DNA from: an uncultured Nitrospiraceae bacterium
GTDB taxonomy: Bacteria; Nitrospirota; Nitrospiria; Nitrospirales; Nitrospiraceae
Assembly: GCA_963730935.1 (NCBI GenBank)
Contig: CAVSTP010000004.1
Span: 800,001 to 864,000 of the forward strand
Reading direction: 5' to 3'
Length of the DNA stretch: 64,000 nucleotides
Every line of letters starts with the position of its first letter. Within the stretch, counting starts at the first letter, position 1. The translations under genes and the position numbers were made by a program. Of the stretch, positions 50,875 through 60,452 are shown piece by piece. The notes beneath the pieces were generated by a model. The model did not search any database. It was not told the origin of the DNA and saw nothing but the letters and a program-made list of their open reading frames with translations.

Positions 50875-51023
50875 CAACCATCTCGCGGCGCGTGGCGGGC
50901 CGGTGTCATAGCGCGCCTCTCACTTGATAACCCATCAGCCAGCCTAATAACGCGTGGTTGACCGCCACTTTCAGCTCGGTGCGCTGCGCATTCGGCACGC
51001 ATCAACAGGTATCGCTGCGCAGG

Positions 51024-51401
51024 CTACCCAGCCTTACGTTGCACCCGAGCCGCATTGTATATACCGGTCAGATACTTCATGAGTTTCCGGGACGTATGTC
51101 TATCCAGCTTGAGAAACTCAACACCCAATTGATGGCGTCGTACTACCCACCGAATGGCGACGGCGGGTATCTCCAACAGCTCAGCCTGATTGGGGATCGT
51201 CAAAAATAATGTCAGGTGGTCATCCGTCTTCACGAGAGCAACGGTCTCAATTAGTGCACCGCGCATCGACAAATTCCTGACGACTCCCATGCCTTCGATT
51301 TCTATTCCTTCAGGAGTCAGCCCTAAGAACTGCACATCCATCTGAACCTCGAAGCGGGCTGAGCCTATCCTTGTTCTCTTGGACTTCACTGGTTGCTTCA
51401 T
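51024..51401 (-). CDS. PilZ domain protein
   Basis: R...RF, NLSMRG, GVEF. Confidence 0.8.
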   Translation of the reverse strand: MKQPVKSKRTRIGSARFEVQMDVQFLGLTPEGIEIEGMGVVRNLSMRGALIETVALVKTDDHLTLFLTIPNQAELLEIPAVAIRWVVRRHQLGVEFLKLDRHTSRKLMKYLTGIYNAARVQRKAG

Positions 51402-51714
51402 CACATCTCCTCTGATACCCACAGCTTTCTCCGCGGGATGGGGCATCGGTCAGGCGTCACCACTAATAAGCGTACCACCGTGCGGCCAGAAGGATAGATA
51501 AAACAGCTAATCTTTACAGCGATGCCAAAGGAATAGGTTAGTTTCAAGGCTCGCCTCAAGCGGAGCAAGGTATGCGCGAGCCATTTCGGAGCGCGTGACG
51601 GGCTCCCTTTTACCTCTCCACTTCATTCCCTCTCACCTGCATAGATCAAACCTATCAGAAGAAGTAGAATACACACGCTTTCTGCCTCTCAACGGATTAT
51701 TCAAGGAGGGCGCC

Positions 51715-52008
51715 ATGGCTACATATCTGATGCTCCTCAATTGGACGGATCAGGGGATGAGAAATATTAAGGAGTCGCCGAAGAGGATGGATGCAGCGAA
51801 GAAGCTGGCCAAAGACTTCGGAGGGGAGATCAAGACTGTCTTTATGACGCAAGGGAGTTTCGATCTTGTCTTCGTCGCTGAGATGCCCAATGATGAGAAA
51901 GTGGCCGCCTTCGTGTTGAAGCTTGGCTCATTGGGAAATGTCCGGACCACGACGCTCAAAGCCTATTCGGAAGACGACTATCGGAACATTATTGGCGGTC
52001 TGAACTGA
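51715..52008 (+). CDS. GYD domain protein
   Basis: WTDQG...GSFD...GNVRTTTL. Confidence 0.85.
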   Translation: MATYLMLLNWTDQGMRNIKESPKRMDAAKKLAKDFGGEIKTVFMTQGSFDLVFVAEMPNDEKVAAFVLKLGSLGNVRTTTLKAYSEDDYRNIIGGLN

Positions 52009-52144
52009 ACGTCGGTGAGCAGGAACAGCTTTCAGGAACCATTTCGAGGCGCGTGGCGGCCCGGCTCGTTTTCTCGAGATCTAGCTCCCATACCATTCCT
52101 GATCGATAGAAACCTACCGGACCTTCAGTACATTGTCCGCCGTC

Positions 52145-52273
52145 ATGTCAGACAATATTCTCTCTAAGAGCAGCAAATCACTGAATTTGTCTCAGCCAAA
52201 CCATGTGCGGACGCTTATTCTTGTTGGATGGATCCTCCTCATAATCGTCTTTGCAGCTTTCCTTGGTGGATAG
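52145..52273 (+). CDS. Possible 42-aa single-TM protein
   Basis: Manual translation: MSDNILSK...LILVGWILLIIVFAAFLGG. Confidence 0.3.
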   Translation: MSDNILSKSSKSLNLSQPNHVRTLILVGWILLIIVFAAFLGG

Positions 52274-52407
52274 AATCTCCTCAATGGAGGCGTGTGAGAT
52301 GGATCCCACTCCTTGATGTGCTCCTATTCACCATATCGGCCTTCGATCGCGGTCAAGTCTTTGGCTAGGCTGAGAGCACGAAAAGGGGACAGGCTACTTT
52401 GCTGAGC

Positions 52408-52851
52408 CTAGCGATCAAGTCCGCTCTTTCGAATGTCGTCTGCATCCGGCTTGTTGGGAGGAGTGAGTTCAAGCCAGTTGAAAGCCTCTTCTGGAGTCTC
52501 AAAGGTCTTGATAGTCATCCCAAGATTCACTGCTACGGTTTCCCCGTACCTTCGCGGGTCACGAAGAGGTTCATTGATAAGATATGCAAACCGTGGAGCA
52601 CGGTACATTGGGTATCTCGCCATAAGCTTCATAGTTTCTGTGGCCGCGAAATAGCCATAGTAGAATCGCTCGATATGTTCGGGTTGTCCCTTCAGGTTCC
52701 GACCATCGAAGAGTACTTTCTCGGCCTGGTATTGGGCAACCGCAGCAAGCATTTCTAGGAAGGCCCGTTTTGCCTCTTCCAGCGAGAACTCCCCCCTTGC
52801 ATCGATAGTGAGAAGACCTGATTCAAAATGGATCTCCTGCTGCAAACCCAT
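52408..52851 (-). CDS. Hypothetical protein (STAS/SEC14-like)
   Basis: VLFDGR, ETVAVN.G, F...EEA..WL. Confidence 0.7.
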   Translation of the reverse strand: MGLQQEIHFESGLLTIDARGEFSLEEAKRAFLEMLAAVAQYQAEKVLFDGRNLKGQPEHIERFYYGYFAATETMKLMARYPMYRAPRFAYLINEPLRDPRRYGETVAVNLGMTIKTFETPEEAFNWLELTPPNKPDADDIRKSGLDR

Positions 52852-53051
52852 TTTTTCAATATCCTTGCTATCAATTGTTATGGGCTTTGATTTGAAAGTA
52901 AAGAACGGATACTCGCTTGATACCGCTTTTAAGGGTCTAATCTTAAAAAACTAGGGGAAACGTTAGAGGGGTTTGTACGAAAAAGAGAATGGGGACATTC
53001 TATATTTCGGTATGTCTTCCTTGCCCCTTCCCCTTCGCGTACGATCTCCTT

Positions 53052-53939
53052 ATGGCAGATCAGAACTCACAGCTGACACCCGGCACGTTGCAAGCCTCCC
53101 TATTGGAACGTACGGCCAGCGCGCGCCGGTGCGGAGCGCTAGCATTCCTGCCGACCACTACAGAAGTGATCGAGCAGGACGGCATCCCCTTCCAGGTGCG
53201 TGTTCTAGAATCTTCGGCCGTAGAAGAGATCGACAAAGCCGCTCGATCGAATGTCAATCCGTTTCCGCACGATCCCGATCTCTTCGTCACACCAATTTCG
53301 GCAACCCACATCGCCTTGATCAACAAATTCAGTGCGGTGGAACACCATCTGTTGATCGCTACGAGATCGTTCGAGGATCAGCGATGCCAACTCACACAAA
53401 AAGACTGCGAGGCCCTCCTCATAGGCCTCACGGAGATCGACGCGCTCGGCTTCTACAACGCGGGACACGAGGCCGGAGCCAGCCAAACGCACAAACATCT
53501 GCAATTGATGCCGCTCGACGCGGCAATCGCTCCACTGCCCATCGAGCCACTCCTGCGCTTCGCTCAGACGGACCGCATGATCGTACCTCGCCTGCCGTTC
53601 CACCACGCCTATGCCGCAATGGATCACGACTGGACCAATCCGGGAAAGGACAGTGGGGCTTCCTTGCATGCTTGCTACCGCAAGGTCCTGCACGCGGCCG
53701 GTCTATCTGTTGACGCCACCTCGGGCAGTCATGGACTGACCGCTCCGTACAACCTTCTCATGACTCGAAGATGGATGTTGGCCGTGCCACGGTTGCACGA
53801 ATGCTTCCAGGGCATCTCGGTCGATGCCTTGGGGTTTGCAGGAATGTTCCTCGTGAAGGATAGACAGCAACTCGCCACGCTGCGGAGATTCGGTCCGATG
53901 GCCGCCCTTCAGCATGTAACAGGTAAAGATAGGCAGTGA
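53052..53939 (+). CDS. ATP adenylyltransferase / Ap4A phosphorylase II family
   Basis: NPF, NKF, FYN.G..AGASQ.HKHLQ, YNLL. Confidence 0.85.
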   Translation: MADQNSQLTPGTLQASLLERTASARRCGALAFLPTTTEVIEQDGIPFQVRVLESSAVEEIDKAARSNVNPFPHDPDLFVTPISATHIALINKFSAVEHHLLIATRSFEDQRCQLTQKDCEALLIGLTEIDALGFYNAGHEAGASQTHKHLQLMPLDAAIAPLPIEPLLRFAQTDRMIVPRLPFHHAYAAMDHDWTNPGKDSGASLHACYRKVLHAAGLSVDATSGSHGLTAPYNLLMTRRWMLAVPRLHECFQGISVDALGFAGMFLVKDRQQLATLRRFGPMAALQHVTGKDRQ

Positions 53940-54096
53940 GAATGAGACGCCAGCAGGAAAAAGAAACGGAGACATTCTGCATTTCGTGGCGCGTGGCGGC
54001 CCGGCATCTTACCCCCTGCCACTCTCCCCTCGGCATAGACCCGACCCCCCAACAAACGTAAAATGTTCCCCTATTCCAGTCCCCGACAGGACCAGC

Positions 54097-55485
54097 ATGA
54101 TGATCAGAGCGTGTGTGTATCTTTCTGCAATAGTGTGCCTCTGCCTCGCGTTGAGCAGTTGCGAATACGTCCGACCCACTCTCAATGTTCCATTGAAACG
54201 CTGGGAACCAGCCGGAGGGTATCGCCTCGTCAATCTCGCGCCATCCGACGGTGACAATTCTGACAGTCTTTTTCTGGTCGCCGCATTTTCCGGCGGAGGA
54301 GTTCGTGCCTCGACGCTTGCCTATGGCGTATTACGAGAATTGGCGCGCCATGAGATCAGCTGGCAAGGGAAACAGAAGCGGCTAGTGGATGAACTCGATG
54401 TCATCTTTGCTTTATCGGGTGGCTCGTTTCCTGCTGCGTATTATGCCCTGTATGGCGACCGCCTGTTTCAGGACTTCGAAGATCGCTTTTTACGAAAAGA
54501 TTGGGACAGCGAACTTCGCGCCCGTATCTTCTGGTCTCCCAGCAATTGGTTTCGGCTCTGGTCGCCCTACTTTGGGCGTGCCCATATTTTGGCTGAACTG
54601 TTGGATGAGGCCCTGTTCGACAAGAAGACGTATAGCGACCTGACGGCCCGCCGCCAACGCCCGCTCCTTGCGCTTCATGCAACCGATATGACCACCTTAT
54701 CCCGCTTCGAATTTACGCAAGGCACATTCGATCTGCTCTGCTCAGACCTTGGCCAATTGCCCATCGCATGGGCCTCTGCGTCCTCTGCTGCGGTACCACT
54801 GGTTCTCAGTCCGATTACGCTCAAGAACTATGCGGGACAGTGTGACCACCAGCATGTCGAATTGCTCGAACGCGCCAAGAGGGAGGGTGGAATCGGAGCT
54901 CAGGTCGCCAACGAAGCGCTGTCCTATTTGGATGTGGAGAAACGGCCGTACGTCCATCTCGTCGATGGCGGGCTGGCAGATAATATGGCGCTCCGTGGGA
55001 TTATCGAAGCGGTTGGCCTCGTTGGAGGGTACGAGCAGTTATTGAAATTGTCCGGGGTGAAGAACATCCGCAAATTAGTGGTCCTGGCGGTAAATGCCGA
55101 GACCACTCCCGACGTCCTTGAATATCGGAGCGACCAGGTTCCGATCATGTCCCAAGCCATGAAGTCGATGATCGACGCTCCGATTAATCGCTACTCATTT
55201 GATACCGTAATGCTGATGCGGCTTGCTCTCAAGGAGTGGCAGAAGGAGCTACGTGACAGGCCCAGGGATGCGGAGAGTCCGTTTGCACCGGATGCCAAAA
55301 TCTATTTCATTAATGCCAGCCTCGGTGAAGTCCTCGATCCGGACGAACGTCTCGCGCTCATGAAGATTCCGACATCGCTCTATCTGACGGATGACCAGAT
55401 CGACCGACTGGTCCGTAACGCGTCCGACCTCATTCTCCGCGATACGGAGTTTCAGCGGCTCATGGAGGATCTGCACAAACAATGA
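54097..55485 (+). CDS. Patatin-like phospholipase lipoprotein
   Basis: SGGGVRA, SGGS, DGGLADN. Confidence 0.85.
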   Translation: MMIRACVYLSAIVCLCLALSSCEYVRPTLNVPLKRWEPAGGYRLVNLAPSDGDNSDSLFLVAAFSGGGVRASTLAYGVLRELARHEISWQGKQKRLVDELDVIFALSGGSFPAAYYALYGDRLFQDFEDRFLRKDWDSELRARIFWSPSNWFRLWSPYFGRAHILAELLDEALFDKKTYSDLTARRQRPLLALHATDMTTLSRFEFTQGTFDLLCSDLGQLPIAWASASSAAVPLVLSPITLKNYAGQCDHQHVELLERAKREGGIGAQVANEALSYLDVEKRPYVHLVDGGLADNMALRGIIEAVGLVGGYEQLLKLSGVKNIRKLVVLAVNAETTPDVLEYRSDQVPIMSQAMKSMIDAPINRYSFDTVMLMRLALKEWQKELRDRPRDAESPFAPDAKIYFINASLGEVLDPDERLALMKIPTSLYLTDDQIDRLVRNASDLILRDTEFQRLMEDLHKQ

Positions 55486-55637
55486 CGCGGGGGCACTCAA
55501 TCGATTTCGCGGCGCGGGGCGGGTTGGCGCACGCCTCGTCTTCCCTCCCCTCACCGCGAACCTTACCAGGGATGGATACAGCCGCTGTCACTGTCAATCG
55601 CGTACTTCGTAGGTATTCGCACCGGTCAGCAGCGTTG

Positions 55638-55979
55638 CTAATTATGGGTGTAGGTATGATGACAAGAGGGTCTTATCTTTGCCACCTGAATTAGCACTCT
55701 TCCATCTTGCAGCCCCCTCCTGTATCGCTCCCGAAGAGCGGGCGTACCTTCGTACTCAGGCGTGCAATCTCGTTCAAGAAGGGCGTCTATAAGACCCTTT
55801 TGCTCCGAATACCACGCTTCGACTTCAAGAGTTGTGCGCGCGTCCATTGCCTGTCGGTGACACCATCCAATGCGAGCGATGAGGCAGGCGTTGACCTCCG
55901 CCATAGGCGTGGAGCCGATGCTCGGACAAGATGGACAGCTGGTAGCCGCATCTTCCTGATCTAGCAAATTTGGCAGCAT
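55638..55979 (-). CDS. Hypothetical protein (paralogue of 44878-45234)
   Basis: Shared motifs; GGAGG RBS. Confidence 0.7.
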   Translation of the reverse strand: MLPNLLDQEDAATSCPSCPSIGSTPMAEVNACLIARIGWCHRQAMDARTTLEVEAWYSEQKGLIDALLERDCTPEYEGTPALRERYRRGLQDGRVLIQVAKIRPSCHHTYTHN

Positions 55980-56271
55980 GGGATCCTCCATAGATACACA
56001 AGGCTGATGTACAGCGGTGATGTCTGTGTGATGCATTTGAATAGCAAGTGTTAAACCAATCTGCTCTGTCCAAGAGACGACCGCAATTTTGCGCGTTTTC
56101 AGCATCACCCATCGAGGAAGCATCAATCGGCGCACATTTGAGTTGTATTCATGAGAAGCGCAGCGAAGGCGTCCGGCACTAGGGGGGACCCTAGTTGAGC
56201 TGGTTATCCCCCGGTTCGAAGATTTTCCTTACCGGTATTCCCTAGGAGATCTGGCCGCTTGTGTGCGCGTA

Positions 56272-57160
56272 TCAGAACGGAAAGCCAAATTGCGCCCTCA
56301 CTCCTGTCAGGCCGTCCCCGAAGCGGTAGCTGACGCCGATCCGCGGGTTGTCGAAGATCCACAGCTTGGTTGGCTTGGCGGAGCCGATGTTGATCCCGAA
56401 CTCGAACTGATTGGAGACCTCGAGCGGACTCTCACCGGGCAGCGAGAACTTGGCCGACGGGAAGAAGTAATAGTAAATAAAGGAGACGCCGACGTCGGGC
56501 TCAAAGCCCTTCACCTCCAAACCGAGCGGGTGCCGGACTTCCAGGCCGTTCTGGAGCGTCCCATAGTTCGTGCTCTTGGACTGCTGTCCGGCATCCCCCG
56601 CCGCCGCCAGCTTGGAGCCGACACTCAGCAAGAAGTCCTGCAGCCGGAATTCGAACAGATTACTGATCCCAGCCGCGTAGAGGAAGACCCAACCTTCTTC
56701 TACGTGAACTTCCCCTGCCGAGCCTTCGATGGCCGCAGACCCGTTGAAAGTCCTACCGAGACCCGCTGCTACATAGGGTTTGACCGTCCACCAGCGCCGT
56801 ATGGGAATCTGGAGCTCTGCCTGGGGCAGCACAAACACAAAGTCCTCCGACGCGGTGACCTTGGGCCCGAACACACTGGTCTCGAAGGAGAAGTGCCCGT
56901 AGCCCAGGTAGCCGGTGAGCACCAGTCGCCACGCATCCTCCTCTGGCCCTAGCGCAAAGGTATGCTGCACCGGGACACGGAAGACATCGACCGAAAGCCC
57001 CCCGACATCGTAGGACCCGAACCCGAACTGCACTGCGTAGGGGAGGTTGACCTGGACATCGAGCTGGGCCGCCGCGTCCTGGGCGGGTCCAGCGACGGCG
57101 CCCAGCAGGAGGAAACCAAAGCCAAGCCATCCACCGCGCACCAGCCACCAATCCCGCGCG
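56272..57160 (-). CDS. Outer-membrane beta-barrel-like protein (start uncertain)
   Basis: Alternating aromatic strands, C-terminal FGFPF. The ORF-track N-terminus is repeat-derived. Confidence 0.65.
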
Positions 57161-57263
57161 GGAAGTAAAAGTGCCAGAAACCATTTCGCGGCGCGTGGCG
57201 GGATGTGATCCTTCCTTTGTACATCGTTCATCACGATCAGCCATACACGTCGGGAAGCCGAAA

Positions 57264-57557
57264 CTAGGTTGGCACGCGGGTATGCGGAGAGCGGGGATCC
57301 TCCTTCATCACCAACTGCACTCTACATCCGGACTCCGAATTGGCACGGAGCTCGCCCAGCGCGCGGAACAGGTGTTCAAGTGCCGTTGTTCGAGGGCTCC
57401 TGGCAGCAAACCACTCTCCGCGGCAGTAAAAGCACCGCTCGGGTGGATCGCCTTGCAGACGCGCTACAGGAAATTCCGCGGACGCATGGCACTCCGGACA
57501 AGTGATCTTGATCGCTGTAAGATCGGACAAACTGATATTCAGCATCGTGTCGCTCAT
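57264..57557 (-). CDS. Small zinc-ribbon-like protein
   Basis: CPEC...CFYC. Confidence 0.6.
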   Translation of the reverse strand: MSDTMLNISLSDLTAIKITCPECHASAEFPVARLQGDPPERCFYCRGEWFAARSPRTTALEHLFRALGELRANSESGCRVQLVMKEDPRSPHTRVPT

Positions 57558-57816
57558 TCAGATCCTTTCATTAGACCTCGTGGAAAGAGGACCGCCGTCG
57601 TCCGTATTGCGCACAAAACATGTCGGCGACTAATCATGACGTAAGTACTATTCAAAAAGCGAATGCCGCCATAATCTTACTCATGAAATGCCGCACTCTT
57701 ATCTTAGAAAAGAAAACGGGGACATTCTGCATTGCGCGGCGCGTGGCTGGCTGGTTCCAAAACGGCTTGTAGGATATCCTGGTTTGAGATAGCCTCCGAC
57801 TCTGAGTACACGGCAC

Positions 57817-58212
57817 ATGAAAGAGAAGAAACACATTCCCACGAGCGATGAGCCGTTCGCATGGAAGAGTCCGTTCGCTCCGCTGAAAGATGTCACACTG
57901 CCATCGACACCAGCTCAGTCACATGCTGTCGATTTAGCTGATAGGACACCACCCAAACCAAACAGCAATCGTGGGCGGGTGGATATCATTCGTTCAACCG
58001 CGCACCGGGGTGGGAAGACAGTGACAGTTGTCACAGGATTTGTCGGCATCGGTCAGCCAGAGAAAGAGCGGCTGGCGAAAGAAATGCAAAAGGCTTGTGG
58101 TGCGGGAGGCACCGTGAAGGAAGGACGAATCGAGATTCAAGGTGATCACCGTGATACTGTCGCACGTATCTTGACCAACGCAGGCTTCCGTCCCGTCTTC
58201 GCCGGTGGCTGA
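57817..58212 (+). CDS. yciH: Translation initiation factor SUI1/YciH-like
   Basis: RGGKTVT, CGAGGTVKEG.IEIQGDHRD. Confidence 0.85.
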   Translation: MKEKKHIPTSDEPFAWKSPFAPLKDVTLPSTPAQSHAVDLADRTPPKPNSNRGRVDIIRSTAHRGGKTVTVVTGFVGIGQPEKERLAKEMQKACGAGGTVKEGRIEIQGDHRDTVARILTNAGFRPVFAGG

Positions 58213-58361
58213 TCCACTCTCCCCTACCCCTCTCCAGCTGTTCCCATACGAACCGTTTCGTGGCGCGTAGCGTGCCCGCAACTTCTCGATGATGTAGATG
58301 GCGCTGCCATCCCTACTGCACCGCCAGATATGATATCCATGAGGTGAAGAAGGATTTTCTC

Positions 58362-58691
58362 ATGGCGTCGCGCTTTGAAATCGCAAATGCTCTGCTCAGC
58401 GTGACCCTCCTAGCGCTGATCTCGTTGCCAAGGTGTTTGACGTTGGAACAGCGGTGGGAGCGGTTCGATATGGAGCGACGACAGGAGATTGGCGTGAAGA
58501 CGAAAGACTACTATCTCAGCGAATGGGGAAAACCGGCGAAACGCGTGAAATCAGATGATGGTTGAGAGGTGTGGACGTGGGAATTCTCCGGGTATGGAGG
58601 AGCGCAGGGTTGGAAAAAGACGCTGAGCTTCACGCAAGATGGAGTCCTAAAGGACTTTCGTCGAGACTACTGGCCTAAGGAATCATGGTGA
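58362..58691 (+). pseudogene. Lipoprotein-like gene interrupted by in-frame TGA
   Basis: After TGA at 58563-58565 the frame continues EVWTWEFSGYGGAQGWKKTLSF... Confidence 0.6.
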
Positions 58692-58744
58692 TCCGCGACG
58701 GTTCGCCATCTGTCTCCTTTTGAGCAGAAAAGAAAGCAGCGAAA

Positions 58745-59209
58745 TTGGAAAATACACACTTTCCCACCTCCCGCCTCGTTGCGCTGGAGCGACACATGAT
58801 GATTCCTCCGATGCAGCTACTTATCAAGTCACTGGTTCTTGCGGCTTGGCGGAAACTCCGACCTGTGAAGCTCTCATGCAAGGAGACACTCCAGCATACA
58901 CAGAAGGAGCAGCGCCAGTTTCATCGCTGTCCCGTCGAATATCCTGTGAGGGTGTCCACTGACCACGGTCCCTCTGGTTTTGCAATGATCGCAGATTTAT
59001 CGGTGAAAGGGTGCAGAGTCAAGAGCAAGAAGATCGTCACACCAGGTGAACTCGGCAAGCTCCTTATCTATGTGCCTTTCGGGATTACTCCATTGACAAT
59101 ATCGCTCACGTCGGTTCGATGGGTGAGCGGGCATGAGTGCGGCCTCGAGTTCATTCTCATGGACCTTGATGAACAGGGTTGCCTTAATCGCTGTCTTATT
59201 CACGCCTAG
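58745..59209 (+). CDS. PilZ domain protein (start uncertain)
   Basis: EQRQFHR, DLSVKGC, VRW, GLEF. Confidence 0.75.
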   Translation: MENTHFPTSRLVALERHMMIPPMQLLIKSLVLAAWRKLRPVKLSCKETLQHTQKEQRQFHRCPVEYPVRVSTDHGPSGFAMIADLSVKGCRVKSKKIVTPGELGKLLIYVPFGITPLTISLTSVRWVSGHECGLEFILMDLDEQGCLNRCLIHA

Positions 59210-59388
59210 AGTCAAACGACACCCAGAGTGTTCACTAGCCTCTACCGCCTACACTTTGGATGTGAAATACCACACCAATAGTGCGATGTTCTAATCACAC
59301 CTGAATCCTTTTTCTATTAAGACCACCTACATAGTACCTGGCATTCAAGCTGCACTGAGCAGGGGGATAGGTAGCCTCAAGTCGGGAG

Positions 59389-59745
59389 GTGACTATGACG
59401 GTTGTTAAATCTACCGGTGCCGTAATGACAGTGATCAGTCTGAGTCTTGTGACTACACTGTTCGCTGCAGAGACCCAATCTCAATTAGGAGCGACGGCTT
59501 CGAAAACTGTCATGGGAGAAGTCTCTGCGGTGGAGGGAGAATTCCATATGGCGAAGAATGCACGAGGTGAAGACATTCTCAAAATGGTCGACAAATCCTA
59601 TGTCATCACCACTCCAACGGGCCGAAAGATCGAGTTGAAGCTCTCTCGTGACACAAAGGTCCCAACGAGAGCCAATCCTGGGGACCGAATTGAGGCTAAG
59701 ATTTCTGACCGAGGCCAAACCCTGTCGGTCATGCTGGTCGAGTAA
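59389..59745 (+). CDS. Secreted hypothetical protein
   Basis: Signal peptide; GDRIEA OB-like tail. Confidence 0.65.
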   Translation: MTMTVVKSTGAVMTVISLSLVTTLFAAETQSQLGATASKTVMGEVSAVEGEFHMAKNARGEDILKMVDKSYVITTPTGRKIELKLSRDTKVPTRANPGDRIEAKISDRGQTLSVMLVE

Positions 59746-59777
59746 AGTGGTCTGGCTGGTGCAATACGAGGCCTCAG

Positions 59778-60191
59778 ATGCAGACCTTCGCACCCATCCT
59801 CTTCATCGATAACCATGACGACGAGCGCCAGTATTGGGCACAGCGGTTGAGAATTTCCTTGCCCGATTATGTGGTCCTCGAAGCTTCCACTGGAAAGGCA
59901 GGGCTCGTGATTTGCCGGTCGCAGCGGGTTGAGTGCGTTATCTCGGAATTGACGCTCCCTGACATCTCAGGTTTTGAAGTACTCTTGCAGTTGGTATCCA
60001 CACCCCGCCATCCAGAGATAGCGTTTATCTTCCTTACCCGACTCACTCTTTCATCCATGAGGCACCTTGCATTAAACAATGGCGCACAAGCGTACTTGGT
60101 TAAATCTCATAGCTCTTGTGATGACCTAGACCGTACAATTCACAAGGCGCTTGCGAGTGTTGCCCCGACTCGAAAGGAGCTTCGCTCCTAA
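59778..60191 (+). CDS. Atypical response regulator receiver
   Basis: ILFID, ELTLPDISGFEVL, GAQAYLVK. Confidence 0.8.
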   Translation: MQTFAPILFIDNHDDERQYWAQRLRISLPDYVVLEASTGKAGLVICRSQRVECVISELTLPDISGFEVLLQLVSTPRHPEIAFIFLTRLTLSSMRHLALNNGAQAYLVKSHSSCDDLDRTIHKALASVAPTRKELRS

Positions 60192-60452
60192 ACCCGAAGC
60201 CATCCTGGTTTGTGGTTTCTTGCGGCGTTAGGTTGTCTTGGAAAGGGATGCCTCACCTGGCCAGCCAGATTGTATCGAACCGCCCTGAGTAGCTCATTCA
60301 TAGGGGTCCGGAGTCTTTTCTTGACGAGAAAAAACCACGGGGACATTCTGAATTTCGGGCCCGTGGCGGGAACCTAAGTCGGCTGGTCGCGTGTCGAATC
60401 GTATCTCAGACTTGCATTTTAGACAACCGATATGACTAGGATCACAATAGCG

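Noticed and set aside
58563..58565. Selenocysteine recoding
   Set aside because: No redox motif context and no recognisable SECIS.
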